Assembly: GCA_963843145.1 (NCBI GenBank)
Contig: CAWJJC010000028.1
Location: 1-64,000, forward strand
Origin: an uncultured delta proteobacterium
GTDB lineage: Bacteria > Desulfobacterota > RBG-13-43-22
Length of the DNA stretch: 64,000 nucleotides
Reading direction: 5' to 3'
Part shown: positions 54,550-64,000 of the stretch, in pieces
Position numbering within the stretch: the first letter of the stretch is position 1
How the letters are laid out: every line of letters begins with the position of its first letter
Made by a program: the position numbers and the translations under genes
Notes under the pieces: model-generated
Database searches by the model: none
Seen by the model: the letters and a program-made list of their open reading frames with translations, nothing else
What the model was told of the DNA's origin: nothing

Positions 54550-55414
54550 TTGAAAAAACTGGCAGGGATGGTTTTTTTGATGGTCCTTCCGGCCGCCGGT
54601 TGCGTTTCCAGCGGTTCGATGGTGGCCGATGGGGCCACTGCGCTTTATGAAGGACGTGGCTTCGGCGGTTAGCCGGCAATCGGATCTGGTTCTGGTCCGT
54701 CAGGGTGTTCCTTCCTACTTGATGCTCATCGACGGGATGAGCCAGCGTTACCCGGATAATGCCGCCCTCTTACTGGCCGGAGCCCAGGCCTACTCCTCCT
54801 ACGCGGCTATTTTAGAGGAAAGCGAACAGGGGCGCGCCGTGGCCCTGTATGCCCGGGCCAAGGCCCAGGCCTTGAAAGCCCTGGATTTGCATCCCAGCCT
54901 GAAGGGGTTTCAAGGACAGCCGCTGCGTTTTTTTCAGGAGCAATTGGTTCAAACAACCGGGGAAGACGTGCCTCTGCTTTTTGGGGCGGGCAGCGTCTGG
55001 GGGAGCTGGATCGCCAACAGCCCGGACGGGGTGGAGGCCATGGCCGAGCTGCCCTGGGTGGAGGCGCTCATGGAACGGGTCCTGCAGCTTGATCCCGGTT
55101 ATTACTACGGGGGCGCCCACCTTTTCAAAGGGATTCTCCTGTCCGCCCGGCCGGAGCAGTTCGGCGGGAATTTAAAGAAAGCCAATGAACATTTTCAGGA
55201 AGCGTTGCGTTGGGGTAAGGGCAAGTTTCTGATGACGGAGGTCTACTACGCCCAGTATTACGCCCGGCAGCGGCTGGACCGGGATCTCTTCGAAAAGACG
55301 TTAAAACACGTTCTGGAGACGCCGGTCGATCAGGACCCGGAACTGACTTTGCTAAATACCCTGGCCAAACAGAAAGCCCAAAAGTTACTGGAACAAGTGG
55401 ACGAGTTTTTTTGA
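54550..55414 (+). CDS. TRAP transporter TatT (T-component) lipoprotein, frameshift near 54640
   Basis: Lipobox LPAAGC; A.AY..YA; LDPGYYYGGAH; GG....A.EHF..AL; V.YA.YYA; directly upstream of dctPQM. Confidence 0.85.
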
Positions 55415-55493
55415 GCGGGAAGGGAAAGATTTATAAAAGGTCCGGAGGAGACTGCCGGTTTGAGTTATCGCAAACCCATTGGGAGTTAAGGCC

Positions 55494-56510
55494 GTGAAAA
55501 AAAAATGGAACTTTTTGGGAATGGTTTTTACCGGTTTGTTGCTTTTTTCAGTGGCGTCCGGTGAAGCGGCCGGCGACAAGGTCGTTTTGAAGATCGGCAC
55601 CTTGGCCCCGGAAGGGAGTATCTGGACGAAAGCCTTCCGGGACATCAGTCAGGAATTGGAACAGAAAACCGGCAAACAGGTCAGCCTGCGGGTTTTCCCG
55701 GGTGGTGTCCAAGGCGACGAGGAGGATATGCTCCGCAAGATCAAAGTGGGACAACTCCAGGGAGGCTTTTTTACCGGCGGTGGCCTGGGGCTGATATTCA
55801 AGGATATTAAAATACTGTCCATCCCCTTCCTCTTTGAGAATTACAATGAGGTGGACGCCGTGATGGCCAAGGAGTCCGGTTTTCTGGAAAAGGGTTTCTG
55901 GGATAACGGATATAAAATCATGGGTTGGGGGGAAAACGGATTTATCTATCTCCTGTCCAAAGAGCCGATCAAGAGCGCCGCCGACCTCAAAAAGGGAAAG
56001 GTCTGGATCTGGGAGGATACCGCTATTGGGAAAGCGGTTTTTAAAGAAGTGGGCGTCAATCCGGTTCCCCTGGGTATCCCGGATGTTTTGGTGTCGCTGC
56101 AAACCGGGATGATCGATACGGTCTACGCCTCCCCCCTGGCCGCTATTTCCATGCAGTGGTTTACCCGAGTTTCCTATTTGACCAACCTGCCCCTTTCCTA
56201 TTCGGTGGGGGCCCTGGTCATGCAGAAAACCGCCCTGGACAAAATTCCGACCGCTCAACGGGGCTTGGTGGAGGAGATTTTTAAACGGCACCTGGAGCCC
56301 ATGAAAGGTCTGGTGCGCCAGGAAAACCAGAAGGCCCTGGGGGTGATGACCAAACAGGGAATAAAGATCGTTACCCCCGCAGCCAGGGACACCAAAGAAT
56401 TACGGGCCTCGGTCTTCAAAGCCATGGATTCATTGGGAGAGGAACAATTTTCCAAGAAAACCTTTGAAGAGATTAAGGCCTTCCTAAAAACCATGCGCAA
56501 GGAAAACTGA
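55494..56510 (+). CDS. dctP: TRAP substrate-binding protein
   Basis: LKIGTLAPEGSIW, PGGVQGDE, SLQTGMID. Confidence 0.93.
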   Translation: MKKKWNFLGMVFTGLLLFSVASGEAAGDKVVLKIGTLAPEGSIWTKAFRDISQELEQKTGKQVSLRVFPGGVQGDEEDMLRKIKVGQLQGGFFTGGGLGLIFKDIKILSIPFLFENYNEVDAVMAKESGFLEKGFWDNGYKIMGWGENGFIYLLSKEPIKSAADLKKGKVWIWEDTAIGKAVFKEVGVNPVPLGIPDVLVSLQTGMIDTVYASPLAAISMQWFTRVSYLTNLPLSYSVGALVMQKTALDKIPTAQRGLVEEIFKRHLEPMKGLVRQENQKALGVMTKQGIKIVTPAARDTKELRASVFKAMDSLGEEQFSKKTFEEIKAFLKTMRKEN

Positions 56511-56620
56511 GTTACTGACCTTTCTAAGCTCGGCCAACCTCCTGGATGCCGGATCGAGTCCGGCATGACGAAAAAAAACTGCTCGAAGAACCCTAAAAAC
56601 GATGTTCGATTTGATTTCCC

Positions 56621-57091
56621 ATGTGGCCGCGAATCAACAGCTTTTTAAATAAACTGGAAGAAGTCCTGCTGATATTCCTCCTGGCGTTGATGGTCTTGTT
56701 GGCCTTTCTGCCCATTTTGTTCCGTAACCTTATTGCCATTGGGCTCATCTGGATCGATCCGCTGGTTCGTCATCTGGTCTTATGGGTAGCCCTGCTGGGC
56801 GCTTCCCTGGCCACCCGCCAGGAACGGCATATAAAAATTGACTTGCTCTCCAACTATCTGCCGGCGGCCAAACAACGGTTGGTCCAGGGAGGTTTGGATT
56901 TCCTGTCGGCCCTGGTCTGTTTAAGCCTGGTTTGGCCGGGCATCGAATTCGTCCGGGATGAGGCCCAGGTCGGCAAGTTTCTGATCCTGGGCATCCCGTT
57001 GTGGTTTTCTCAAGCCATCATACCGGTCATGCTGGGCGTTATCGGCGTTCGATTTATATTCGCCGGCTGGCGCCATCTCCGTCACTCCTAA
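56621..57091 (+). CDS. dctQ: TRAP small permease
   Basis: Four TM segments; LW..LLGASLA....HIKID. Confidence 0.92.
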   Translation: MWPRINSFLNKLEEVLLIFLLALMVLLAFLPILFRNLIAIGLIWIDPLVRHLVLWVALLGASLATRQERHIKIDLLSNYLPAAKQRLVQGGLDFLSALVCLSLVWPGIEFVRDEAQVGKFLILGIPLWFSQAIIPVMLGVIGVRFIFAGWRHLRHS

Positions 57092-57102
57092 CGGCCTCCG
57101 GC

Positions 57103-58359
57103 ATGGGATTCGTCTCCACCTTCCTGACCGTCCTGCTGGCCCTGGCCGGCACCCCGCTGTTTATCGTCATCGCCCTCAGCGGACTTATTTTTCTTTACTC
57201 CAGCGGCATCTCTTTTTCCGCGCTGATCATTGAAATCTATAAACTGGCCCATACCCCCATGCTGGTGGCCCTGCCGCTTTTTGCTTTGGCCGGGTATATC
57301 CTGGCGGCCAGTAAAGCAGCCCAGCGCCTGGTCCGGCTTTCGCAGGCCCTGCTGGGTTGGCTGCCCGGAGGACTGGCGATCATCGCGCTGTTTTTTTCGG
57401 CGATTTTTACGGCGCTGACCGGGGCGAGCGGGTTGACGATCGTAGCCCTGGGCGGACTGCTGTTCCCGGCTTTAAAATCACAAGGGTACCCTGAAAAATT
57501 TTCCCTGGGGCTCCTGACCACGTCGGGGACCCTGGGGCTTCTTTTCCCGCCCAGCCTGCCGCTGATTCTCTACGGCGTGGTGGCCCGGACCAGTATTGAC
57601 CAACTTTTTTTGGCCGGCATTCTCCCGGGTCTGGTCATAGTGATCCTCCTTTCGGTTTACAGTTTTTGGAAAGGTCTTCGGTCGGGCGCCGTCCGGCACC
57701 GATTCACCCTGCGGGAAGTAGGGCAGGCCCTCCGGGACTCGATTTGGGAAATCCCTTTACCGCTGGTGGTCCTGGGCGGCATTTACAGCGGGTTGGTAGC
57801 TATCAGTGAGGCCGCGGCCCTGACCGTGTTGTACATTTTGATCGTGGAGGTGGGAGTCTATCGGGACGTGAAAATAAAAGAACTCCCGCCGATCATTCTG
57901 AAAAGTACCATCTTGGTCGGAGGGATCCTGATTATCCTCGGGGTTTCCTTCGGGTTAACCAACACCTTGATCAATGCAGAGATCCCCATGAAGGTTCTGG
58001 ATTTTCTAAAAGGACATGTGGAAAGTCCCCTGGCCTTTCTGGTCTGGATGAATCTTTTCCTGTTAGGGGCCGGATGCCTGTTGGGATTGTTTCCGGCCCT
58101 GACGATCCTGGTCCCTCTAATTCTTCCCGTGGCCCAGGCCTACGATATCCATCCGGTCCATTTGGGGATTATCCTTTTGACCAACCTGGAAATCGGCGCT
58201 TCCTTGCCGCCGGTGGGGATCAACCTGTTTGTTTCCAGTATGCGCTTCGAACGGCCGGTCCTGGATCTCTATAAGGCCTCCATCCCCTTTATTATCATCT
58301 TACTGCTGGCCCTGATTATTATCACCTACTGGTCGTGGTTGAGTCTGGCCTTCCTTTAG
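57103..58359 (+). CDS. dctM: TRAP large permease
   Basis: ALPLF.LAG, GTLGLLFPPS, LFLAGILPG, PVHLGII, PPVGINLFV. Confidence 0.95.
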   Translation: MGFVSTFLTVLLALAGTPLFIVIALSGLIFLYSSGISFSALIIEIYKLAHTPMLVALPLFALAGYILAASKAAQRLVRLSQALLGWLPGGLAIIALFFSAIFTALTGASGLTIVALGGLLFPALKSQGYPEKFSLGLLTTSGTLGLLFPPSLPLILYGVVARTSIDQLFLAGILPGLVIVILLSVYSFWKGLRSGAVRHRFTLREVGQALRDSIWEIPLPLVVLGGIYSGLVAISEAAALTVLYILIVEVGVYRDVKIKELPPIILKSTILVGGILIILGVSFGLTNTLINAEIPMKVLDFLKGHVESPLAFLVWMNLFLLGAGCLLGLFPALTILVPLILPVAQAYDIHPVHLGIILLTNLEIGASLPPVGINLFVSSMRFERPVLDLYKASIPFIIILLLALIIITYWSWLSLAFL

Positions 58360-58402
58360 CTGATGGATATCTTTTAACGAAGGATTGGGGGAGGAACCCC
58401 TG

Positions 58403-59183
58403 ATGGAACCCGAAAAACAGGCAGCCGACTGGATCCTGCAATCCCAGCGTCTGGTGGTTTTTACCGGCGCCGGGTTGAGCACCGAATCGGGCATTCCGGA
58501 TTTCCGCAGTCCCGGCGGGGTCTGGAGCCGGTACAATCCGGCCGATTTTGATTTTCAGAACTTTCTGGCCAGGGAAGCCAGTCGGGAAAAATACTGGCAG
58601 ATGGCTACGGAAATGTATGCCTCGATCCGGGAAGCCCGGCCGAACGCCGCACACCGGGCCATTTATGAACTGGACCGATTGGGAAAGCTCGACGTCGTCA
58701 TTACCCAGAATATTGACGGCCTCCATGAAAGGGCCGGCCTTGAATCGGAAAAAATCATCGAACTGCACGGCACGGCGCTCCATGTTTCCTGCCTGAATTG
58801 CGGCAAAAGATATAACCGTGAAGAAATCCAGGGTCGAATCAAAGCAGGGATCCAAAGCCCCGGCCTGCGACGACTGCCAAGGACCGCTAAAACCAGCCAC
58901 TATCTCCTTCGGACAGGCCATGCCGGAGCGGGAGACCCGGGAAGCTTATCGACGATCAGCCGCCTCCGACCTTTTTATCGTCATAGGTTCTTCCCTGGTG
59001 GTGCAACCGGCCGCCTCCCTGCCGCTGGCGGCCAAACGGGGCGGCGCCCGCCTGGTGATTATCAACCGGGATCCGACCCCTTACGATGATCTGGCGGACC
59101 TGGTTATCCCGGGCCAGGCAGGACGGATCCTGCCCGCGATTCTGGAACGGGTTAAAGAGGGGATAAAAAAGAAAGGAAATTAG
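58403..59183 (+). CDS. cobB: Sir2-family NAD-dependent deacylase (frameshift near 58860)
   Basis: TGAGLSTESGIPDFR, ITQNIDGLH, ELHG, IGSSLVVQPAA, IIN. Confidence 0.92.
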
Positions 59184-59252
59184 GAAACGTACCAAGGCCT
59201 GGGTAAATAAGTCTTTTTTGCTTCCATCTTCCATCTTCCGCTTCCCCTCTCT

Positions 59253-61089
59253 CTAGTCGTGCCTCTCTTTCTTTTTATGGTCCTTGTCGCCGGGTTCCAT
59301 TTTTTTCAGGTAGTCCCGGGCCACCGTATTCCGGGGATTCAGACGACTCGCCTCCTGGAAATAAGAGCGGGCCTGCCTGAAATTTTTCTTGCGCAGGTAA
59401 ACGATGCCGATGTTGGTCAGCACTTCGTCCTGGTAGGGGGGGGGACAAGGCCCGGCACCACTCCAGGTGTTGAATGGCCAGGTCGTAATTGCCTTGGATG
59501 AGATGGATATAGCCGAGGTTGAAATAGGCCTCCGGAATCCGGTTATTGATATTCAGCGCTCGTTGGTATTCCTGAATGGCGGCCGGGTACTGCTGTTTTT
59601 GTGTTAATAGACGTCCCAATTGAAAATGGACTTCAAAATTTTGGGGCGCCTGGACCGCGGCCTGTTCCAATAGGGTCTGGGCCTGATCCATATCGGTCTT
59701 CCACAGGGCTTTAGCCTGCTGAAGCAATTGTTCCGCCTGAGAGGGAGATTGAATCCCGTTAGTTCCCTGGGATGTGGCGTTCAAAGGGGATGAAGGAGGA
59801 ATGGTCGGGGCGGTTAGCGGTCCTGCCGGAGTCGATCCGACGGTCGTCTTTTGAGGAGCCGCTGGCGGGCTGGCGGAGGGAATCAAATTGCCTCCCGGAT
59901 TATTGACCAGCCGGATGATCACCAGGATCAGCGCCAGGATAAGGGCGAAAAAAATGGATCCGATCAGTATGATTTTGGGGCCGGATTTTGGGCCTTTGAT
60001 ATCAGGTTCCGGCTCTTTTTCTGGGACGGTAGCGGGCCTGGAAAGCGGCTTTTCCTGAACGGGAGAACTGGGCGGGGAAAGGGGCTGAGTCTTTTCCGGA
60101 CTGATTGACTCGGATGGAGCCGATAAGGCCTGGGGACCAGGAACGCTTTCCTGAATCGGCGGTTTCTCGGGTCCTTCGTCGGACAGAGGTCGAGGGGGGA
60201 GCGGTTCGATTTTATGGTCTACCAGGGTGGTGGATCCCTCGCCCGATCCCAGGGGCTGGAAGGCCGTTAAGGCATCCAGCATTTCCTGCGGGGTTTGATA
60301 ACGCCTGGCCGGATCTTTGGCCATGGCCTTGGTGCAGATGATTCCCAGCTCCTCGGGTATATGGGGATTGATCAGTTTCGGAAAGGTCGGGTTCTGTTGC
60401 ACCACCTGTTGGACGATGGTGGCGGTCGATTCGCCATCAAAGGGTTTTTCCCCGGTCAACACCCGGTAAAGCAGAGTCCCCACGGAAAAAATGTCCGAAC
60501 GGATATCCCCTCGTTGGCCTAAGATGGCTTCCGGGGACATATAAAAAGGACTGCCGGCCCCTGTTAGGGCCACGGTAGCGGCCATGGAAGGGATCTTGAC
60601 TTGGCCAAAATCGGTAATCTTGATCCGTCCGTTCCGTTGAATTAAGATATTGGCCGGTTTCAGGTTCCGATGAATGATGTTTTTCTCATAAGCGGCCTGG
60701 AGAGCGGATAACACCTGGCGGAAGAGCGGCAGGGCCGTTTCCAGCGGCAGGGCCCCCTGCTCATTGAGCAAATCGTCCAGGGACTTGCCCAGGACAAATT
60801 CCGTGCAGATATAGCGAAAGCTTTCGGTTTCTCCAACTTCCAAAACAGCGGCCACCTGGGGATGCTCCAGCTCTCGGAGTGCCCGGGCTTCCTCGAAAAA
60901 AGGCTTTTCCGCCTCTTCAGGGATTTCGCCGGGGTCTCCGGTGGATTTCAGAAACAGCTTCAGAGTGACGGTTTGTTGATTTGTTGTATCCGTGGCCCGG
61001 TAAACGAACCCCAGGGGCCCTCGGCCTATAAACTCGGTGATCTGGTAGTGTTCAAAAGCCTGACCAACCAGTTCGAAAGGAATAAACAT
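59253..61089 (-). CDS. Hanks-type Ser/Thr kinase-like protein, Pro-rich linker, TM, C-terminal TPRs (frameshift near 59440)
   Basis: IGRGPLGFVY, HRNLKPANIL, DFG, YMSPE, SDIFSVG; AYFNLG TPRs. Confidence 0.9.
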
Positions 61090-61210
61090 GCGATCCTCTT
61101 GTAAGATTATTAGAAATCCCTCCCCGCCTCCCTTTTCAAAAGGGGGGGATTAGTCGCATCGTTATCTTAAATCAAAGGAAAGGCCGCTCCGCGCTTAGCG
61201 CTCCGCGTTT

Positions 61211-61942
61211 TTATTTTTGCGTTCCTACGGGCCGGGCGTTTTTAAGCATGGAGATTGGCTTGGCCATTTCTAAAATATGGGCATGAAGAGGTTCCAGTAG
61301 GGATCCGGGAAGGCCCATCATCAGATGGCAGGCATCAATAGCTGACTTGATCCGGCAGCCCAAACCCAAAAAGGTCACATTGGGCTGCCCTTCCAGAAGC
61401 GGCCAGGCGGTGATGTCGGCGCAGCCGCCCAAAGCCCCGCCGGATTGGGGCAGCTCCTGGCGACCGCCCTTTTCATAGTTCAAGGCATAGAGTAGCCACA
61501 TAACCTGCTCGCTGCTGGCGGTAAAGACTACGACCTCCGGAAGGCCGGCAAAGGCCTTCAAGGGGGCGATGAGCACCGACTGGGTTTTTCCTTTGGGGAG
61601 GTAAGTGGATTTCAGCAGGGTTTCGGCGGAGGCTTCTTCCGTCGCAAAAAGGCCAACCCCATATTTTTCCAGCACCCCGTCATCCAAGAAGGCCTCGATC
61701 TCCTCTTCCATCCCCAGGACCGAGGTGCCCAGCTTGCAGCCCAACTGCTCTTTTCTTAAGAGCAGCGTGCGGCCCTCACCAGCCAGGACCAGGGCCTGGC
61801 AATAGCTTTTCAAATTATCCGGACAAAAAGGAATTCCAGACGGCGTTTCTTCTCCTTCCCGGAAAAGGGTGATCCCCACCGGGGCATATTGGAGTTCCAG
61901 ATGTTCGATCAGATCTTGGGAAATGGATTTCAAATCGGCCAA
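61211..61942 (-). CDS. DUF169 protein
   Basis: L.L.Y.PVGI, YCQ, C..G..VLG, APL, P.VVV, C.D, LGCR. Confidence 0.85.
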   Translation of the reverse strand: MADLKSISQDLIEHLELQYAPVGITLFREGEETPSGIPFCPDNLKSYCQALVLAGEGRTLLLRKEQLGCKLGTSVLGMEEEIEAFLDDGVLEKYGVGLFATEEASAETLLKSTYLPKGKTQSVLIAPLKAFAGLPEVVVFTASSEQVMWLLYALNYEKGGRQELPQSGGALGGCADITAWPLLEGQPNVTFLGLGCRIKSAIDACHLMMGLPGSLLEPLHAHILEMAKPISMLKNARPVGTQK

Positions 61943-62007
61943 GGCAATTTCCTCCCGCAGGGTTTTTCGATCTTTATCACACCTTGGCCGATCAAAGCAA
62001 ATATCTT

Positions 62008-62836
62008 TTAGGTAAAGAGTAGCCGGGAAAGAATGGCCAGCGACTCCTGGAGTTCATCCGGGCTGAAAAGTTCCAGGGTGACCCATTTTCGGTATCCGGA
62101 CTCCTTTAAAAAGGCCAACCACTTTTGAAGACGTTCCACCGGCAGGTGCGTCAGACTCAGGTGTTCATCGTACCCGCTGACACCATGCAGATGGATCTCC
62201 TGAATCTGCCCGTCGTATTCCCGGAGCTGGTCCAGCACTGTTTCCCGACCCAGGAGCAGGTGGCCCAGATCGAGGCATAACCGGCAAAGGCTTTCCTTTA
62301 AAAAAGGTTCCAGGAAGCGGGGGGAATAGTTGATATTTTCCACCAGCAACGCTTCCGGAGAAGGCCAAACGGCCTTAAGCGCTTTTAAAGCCTCGCCTGC
62401 CCTTATGCTCCACCCGGTCCAATCTCCGGGGGGGTGTCTCGACTTAAAGTAGAAGTCTGGGACCGGAACCAAAGTCGGAGGTGAAAAGGGCAGGTGAAGG
62501 ATAAAATGTGCGGGGTCCAGGTCTTCCAGTCGGCCGCAGATCTCACGGATTGTTTTGACGGACTCGCCTTGGAGGTTTTTGTCCGTCGAGGCCGGTTCCA
62601 GGGAGGCCGGCAGATGGACTGTGAAACCAATCCCTTCCCCGGCGCCGATTTTTTTTAGTTCACGGATCTCCTCGGCCGTGGGCAGATTATGCAGGTCCGG
62701 GGTCCGGAAGAGGACGATCTCCACATAATCAACCAGAGGGGATAATCGCCGAACGTTCTCCAATAAATTCTCCCCAAAAACCATGGAGGTCGTCCCAATT
62801 TTAAATGGGAAATCATAAGGTCTTCTTCTTTCGCAT
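62008..62836 (-). CDS. cbiR: TIM-barrel AP-endonuclease-2 family protein, cobamide-remodelling phosphodiesterase CbiR-like
   Basis: Frame extends upstream to FPFKIGTTS...NVRRL; VEIVLF; TVHLP; VEN; CLDLGH; IHLHG; DEH; TLE. Start probably frameshifted. Confidence 0.7.
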
Positions 62837-62937
62837 CAGTTAATATAGATTGCCAAGTGGGTTTCTGACAAGGATAATAGAATATGAACCATTTGCCTAC
62901 AACCGCTATTTTGATCGGTTAGATAAAAGGCCTTCCC

Positions 62938-63204
62938 GTGAGTGACGAATTCCTTTTGGATCAACTCGAAGCGCTGGCCCATAAGCTGGGGATCAAGGTT
63001 CGCTACGAGATCGTAAACCTGGAAGAATCGTCCAGTGCGGGAGGGCTCTGTCGTTTGAAAGGGGAATATGTTTTGATTATCCACGCCCTGGCGACGGTGA
63101 AGGAGAAAATAGAAATCATGGTCGGGGTGCTGACGCGGTTTCCTCTCGGGGACATCTATATCAGGCCGGTGATTAGGGAACTGCTGGATGGAACTAAAGA
63201 ATGA
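62938..63204 (+). CDS. Small hypothetical protein
   Basis: LE.LA.KLGI.VRYE...GGLCRLKG..LII; coherent 88-aa ORF. Confidence 0.7.
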   Translation: MSDEFLLDQLEALAHKLGIKVRYEIVNLEESSSAGGLCRLKGEYVLIIHALATVKEKIEIMVGVLTRFPLGDIYIRPVIRELLDGTKE

Positions 63205-63371
63205 CGGCGGTTGCTCTTCCTCCCGTCTTTGGCCGTTTTGAACCCGGTTTTCTCCTTGACAGTTTCCCGTGGATTCCCTTAACTTACAGCTAAGGGCCTA
63301 ACTATTCGATAGGCCATTTGGTTTTTCGGCAGAAGAGGGCACTGGACGTAAATACTTTTTCAGGAGAGATT

Positions 63372-64000
63372 ATGAAGCGTGGGATGATTGGGGTAATCGG
63401 GTTACTTTTCCTTTGGGCCATGAGTGTTCCCGCGGCCTGGGGCGATGCCACGGTGGAGACTTTTTTTAAAACCGGTGGAATAAAGGGAATGGGGGCCGCC
63501 GAGGGAATGATGACTCATCGAATTCAAGGTGAAAAAAAATGGGATTCCAACAACCTAAAATTCACCGGGGCTTTTCTTTCCAAACTGGCGGGGGAGACGG
63601 AAACGGTTACCATCACCCGGGTGGATAAGGCCTTGACCTGGGCCCTGGATACCAAAAAGAGGACCTATACCGAGACCCCGATCCAGCCTCTAAAGAGGCC
63701 GGCTGCCGAGCGACCACAACGGGAGGAGAAACCGGAAAAGTCAACGGCTCGAATCACCCGATCGGAGTTTTCGGTCAAAAAGACCGGGGCCTCCGAAACC
63801 ATCAATGGTTTTTCTTGCGAGGAATATCTGGTCACCTGGCTGCTGGAAATGGAGGACCTGGAGACCAAGGCCAAGTCCCGCAGTACCATGACGACCAACC
63901 TCTGGACGACCCCGGAGACAGCCACCATCAAGAAGGTCCAGGCCGAGGAACAACGGTTTAACCGCGCACTGGCCAAACTGCTGGGCAGTGAAATTTCCAC
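63372..64000 (+). CDS. Secreted protein (DUF4412-like), runs off the window end
   Basis: RBS aggaga; MKRGMIGVIGLLFLWAMSVPAAWG signal peptide; KKTGASETINGFSCEEY; open to base 64000 and so absent from the ORF track. Confidence 0.75.
   Translation, partial: MKRGMIGVIGLLFLWAMSVPAAWGDATVETFFKTGGIKGMGAAEGMMTHRIQGEKKWDSNNLKFTGAFLSKLAGETETVTITRVDKALTWALDTKKRTYTETPIQPLKRPAAERPQREEKPEKSTARITRSEFSVKKTGASETINGFSCEEYLVTWLLEMEDLETKAKSRSTMTTNLWTTPETATIKKVQAEEQRFNRALAKLLGSEIS

Overview
Bacterial DNA, probably Desulfobacterota (inferred from uvrB/rmuC/TRAP gene style, the intergenic palindrome families and a selenoprotein). Many single-base frameshifts suggest an imperfectly polished long-read assembly. Three zones. 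(1) 1-13.7 kb: a same-strand array of secreted proteins (three beta-propeller paralogues with exactly 10 repeats each, CSLREA/choice-of-anchor-Q beta-helix proteins, an esterase, gene fragments), disrupted by ISL3 and ISAzo13-type elements. (2) about 17-40 kb: a defence island with a DUF499/DUF3780/DUF1156/PLD-SNF2 restriction-like operon carrying an embedded MNT-HEPN pair, a GmrSD-type DUF262 protein, an SDH/Clp-like protease, AbiE, and a ~5.2 kb nucleoside phosphorylase-STAND NTPase gene. (3) 40-64 kb: mixed genes (GH-A hydrolase with FN3 domains, MazEF, uvrB, rmuC, FG-GAP protein, VapBC, UGA-recoded rhodanese, TatT-TRAP transporter, sirtuin, kinase-TPR protein, DUF169, CbiR-like). The main unexplained signal is a short peptide, [YFH]-[LF]-P-x-[IL]-x-[RKN], found nine times on unrelated secreted proteins, almost always at the extreme C-terminus. 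It is a candidate uncharacterised surface-sorting or docking tag.
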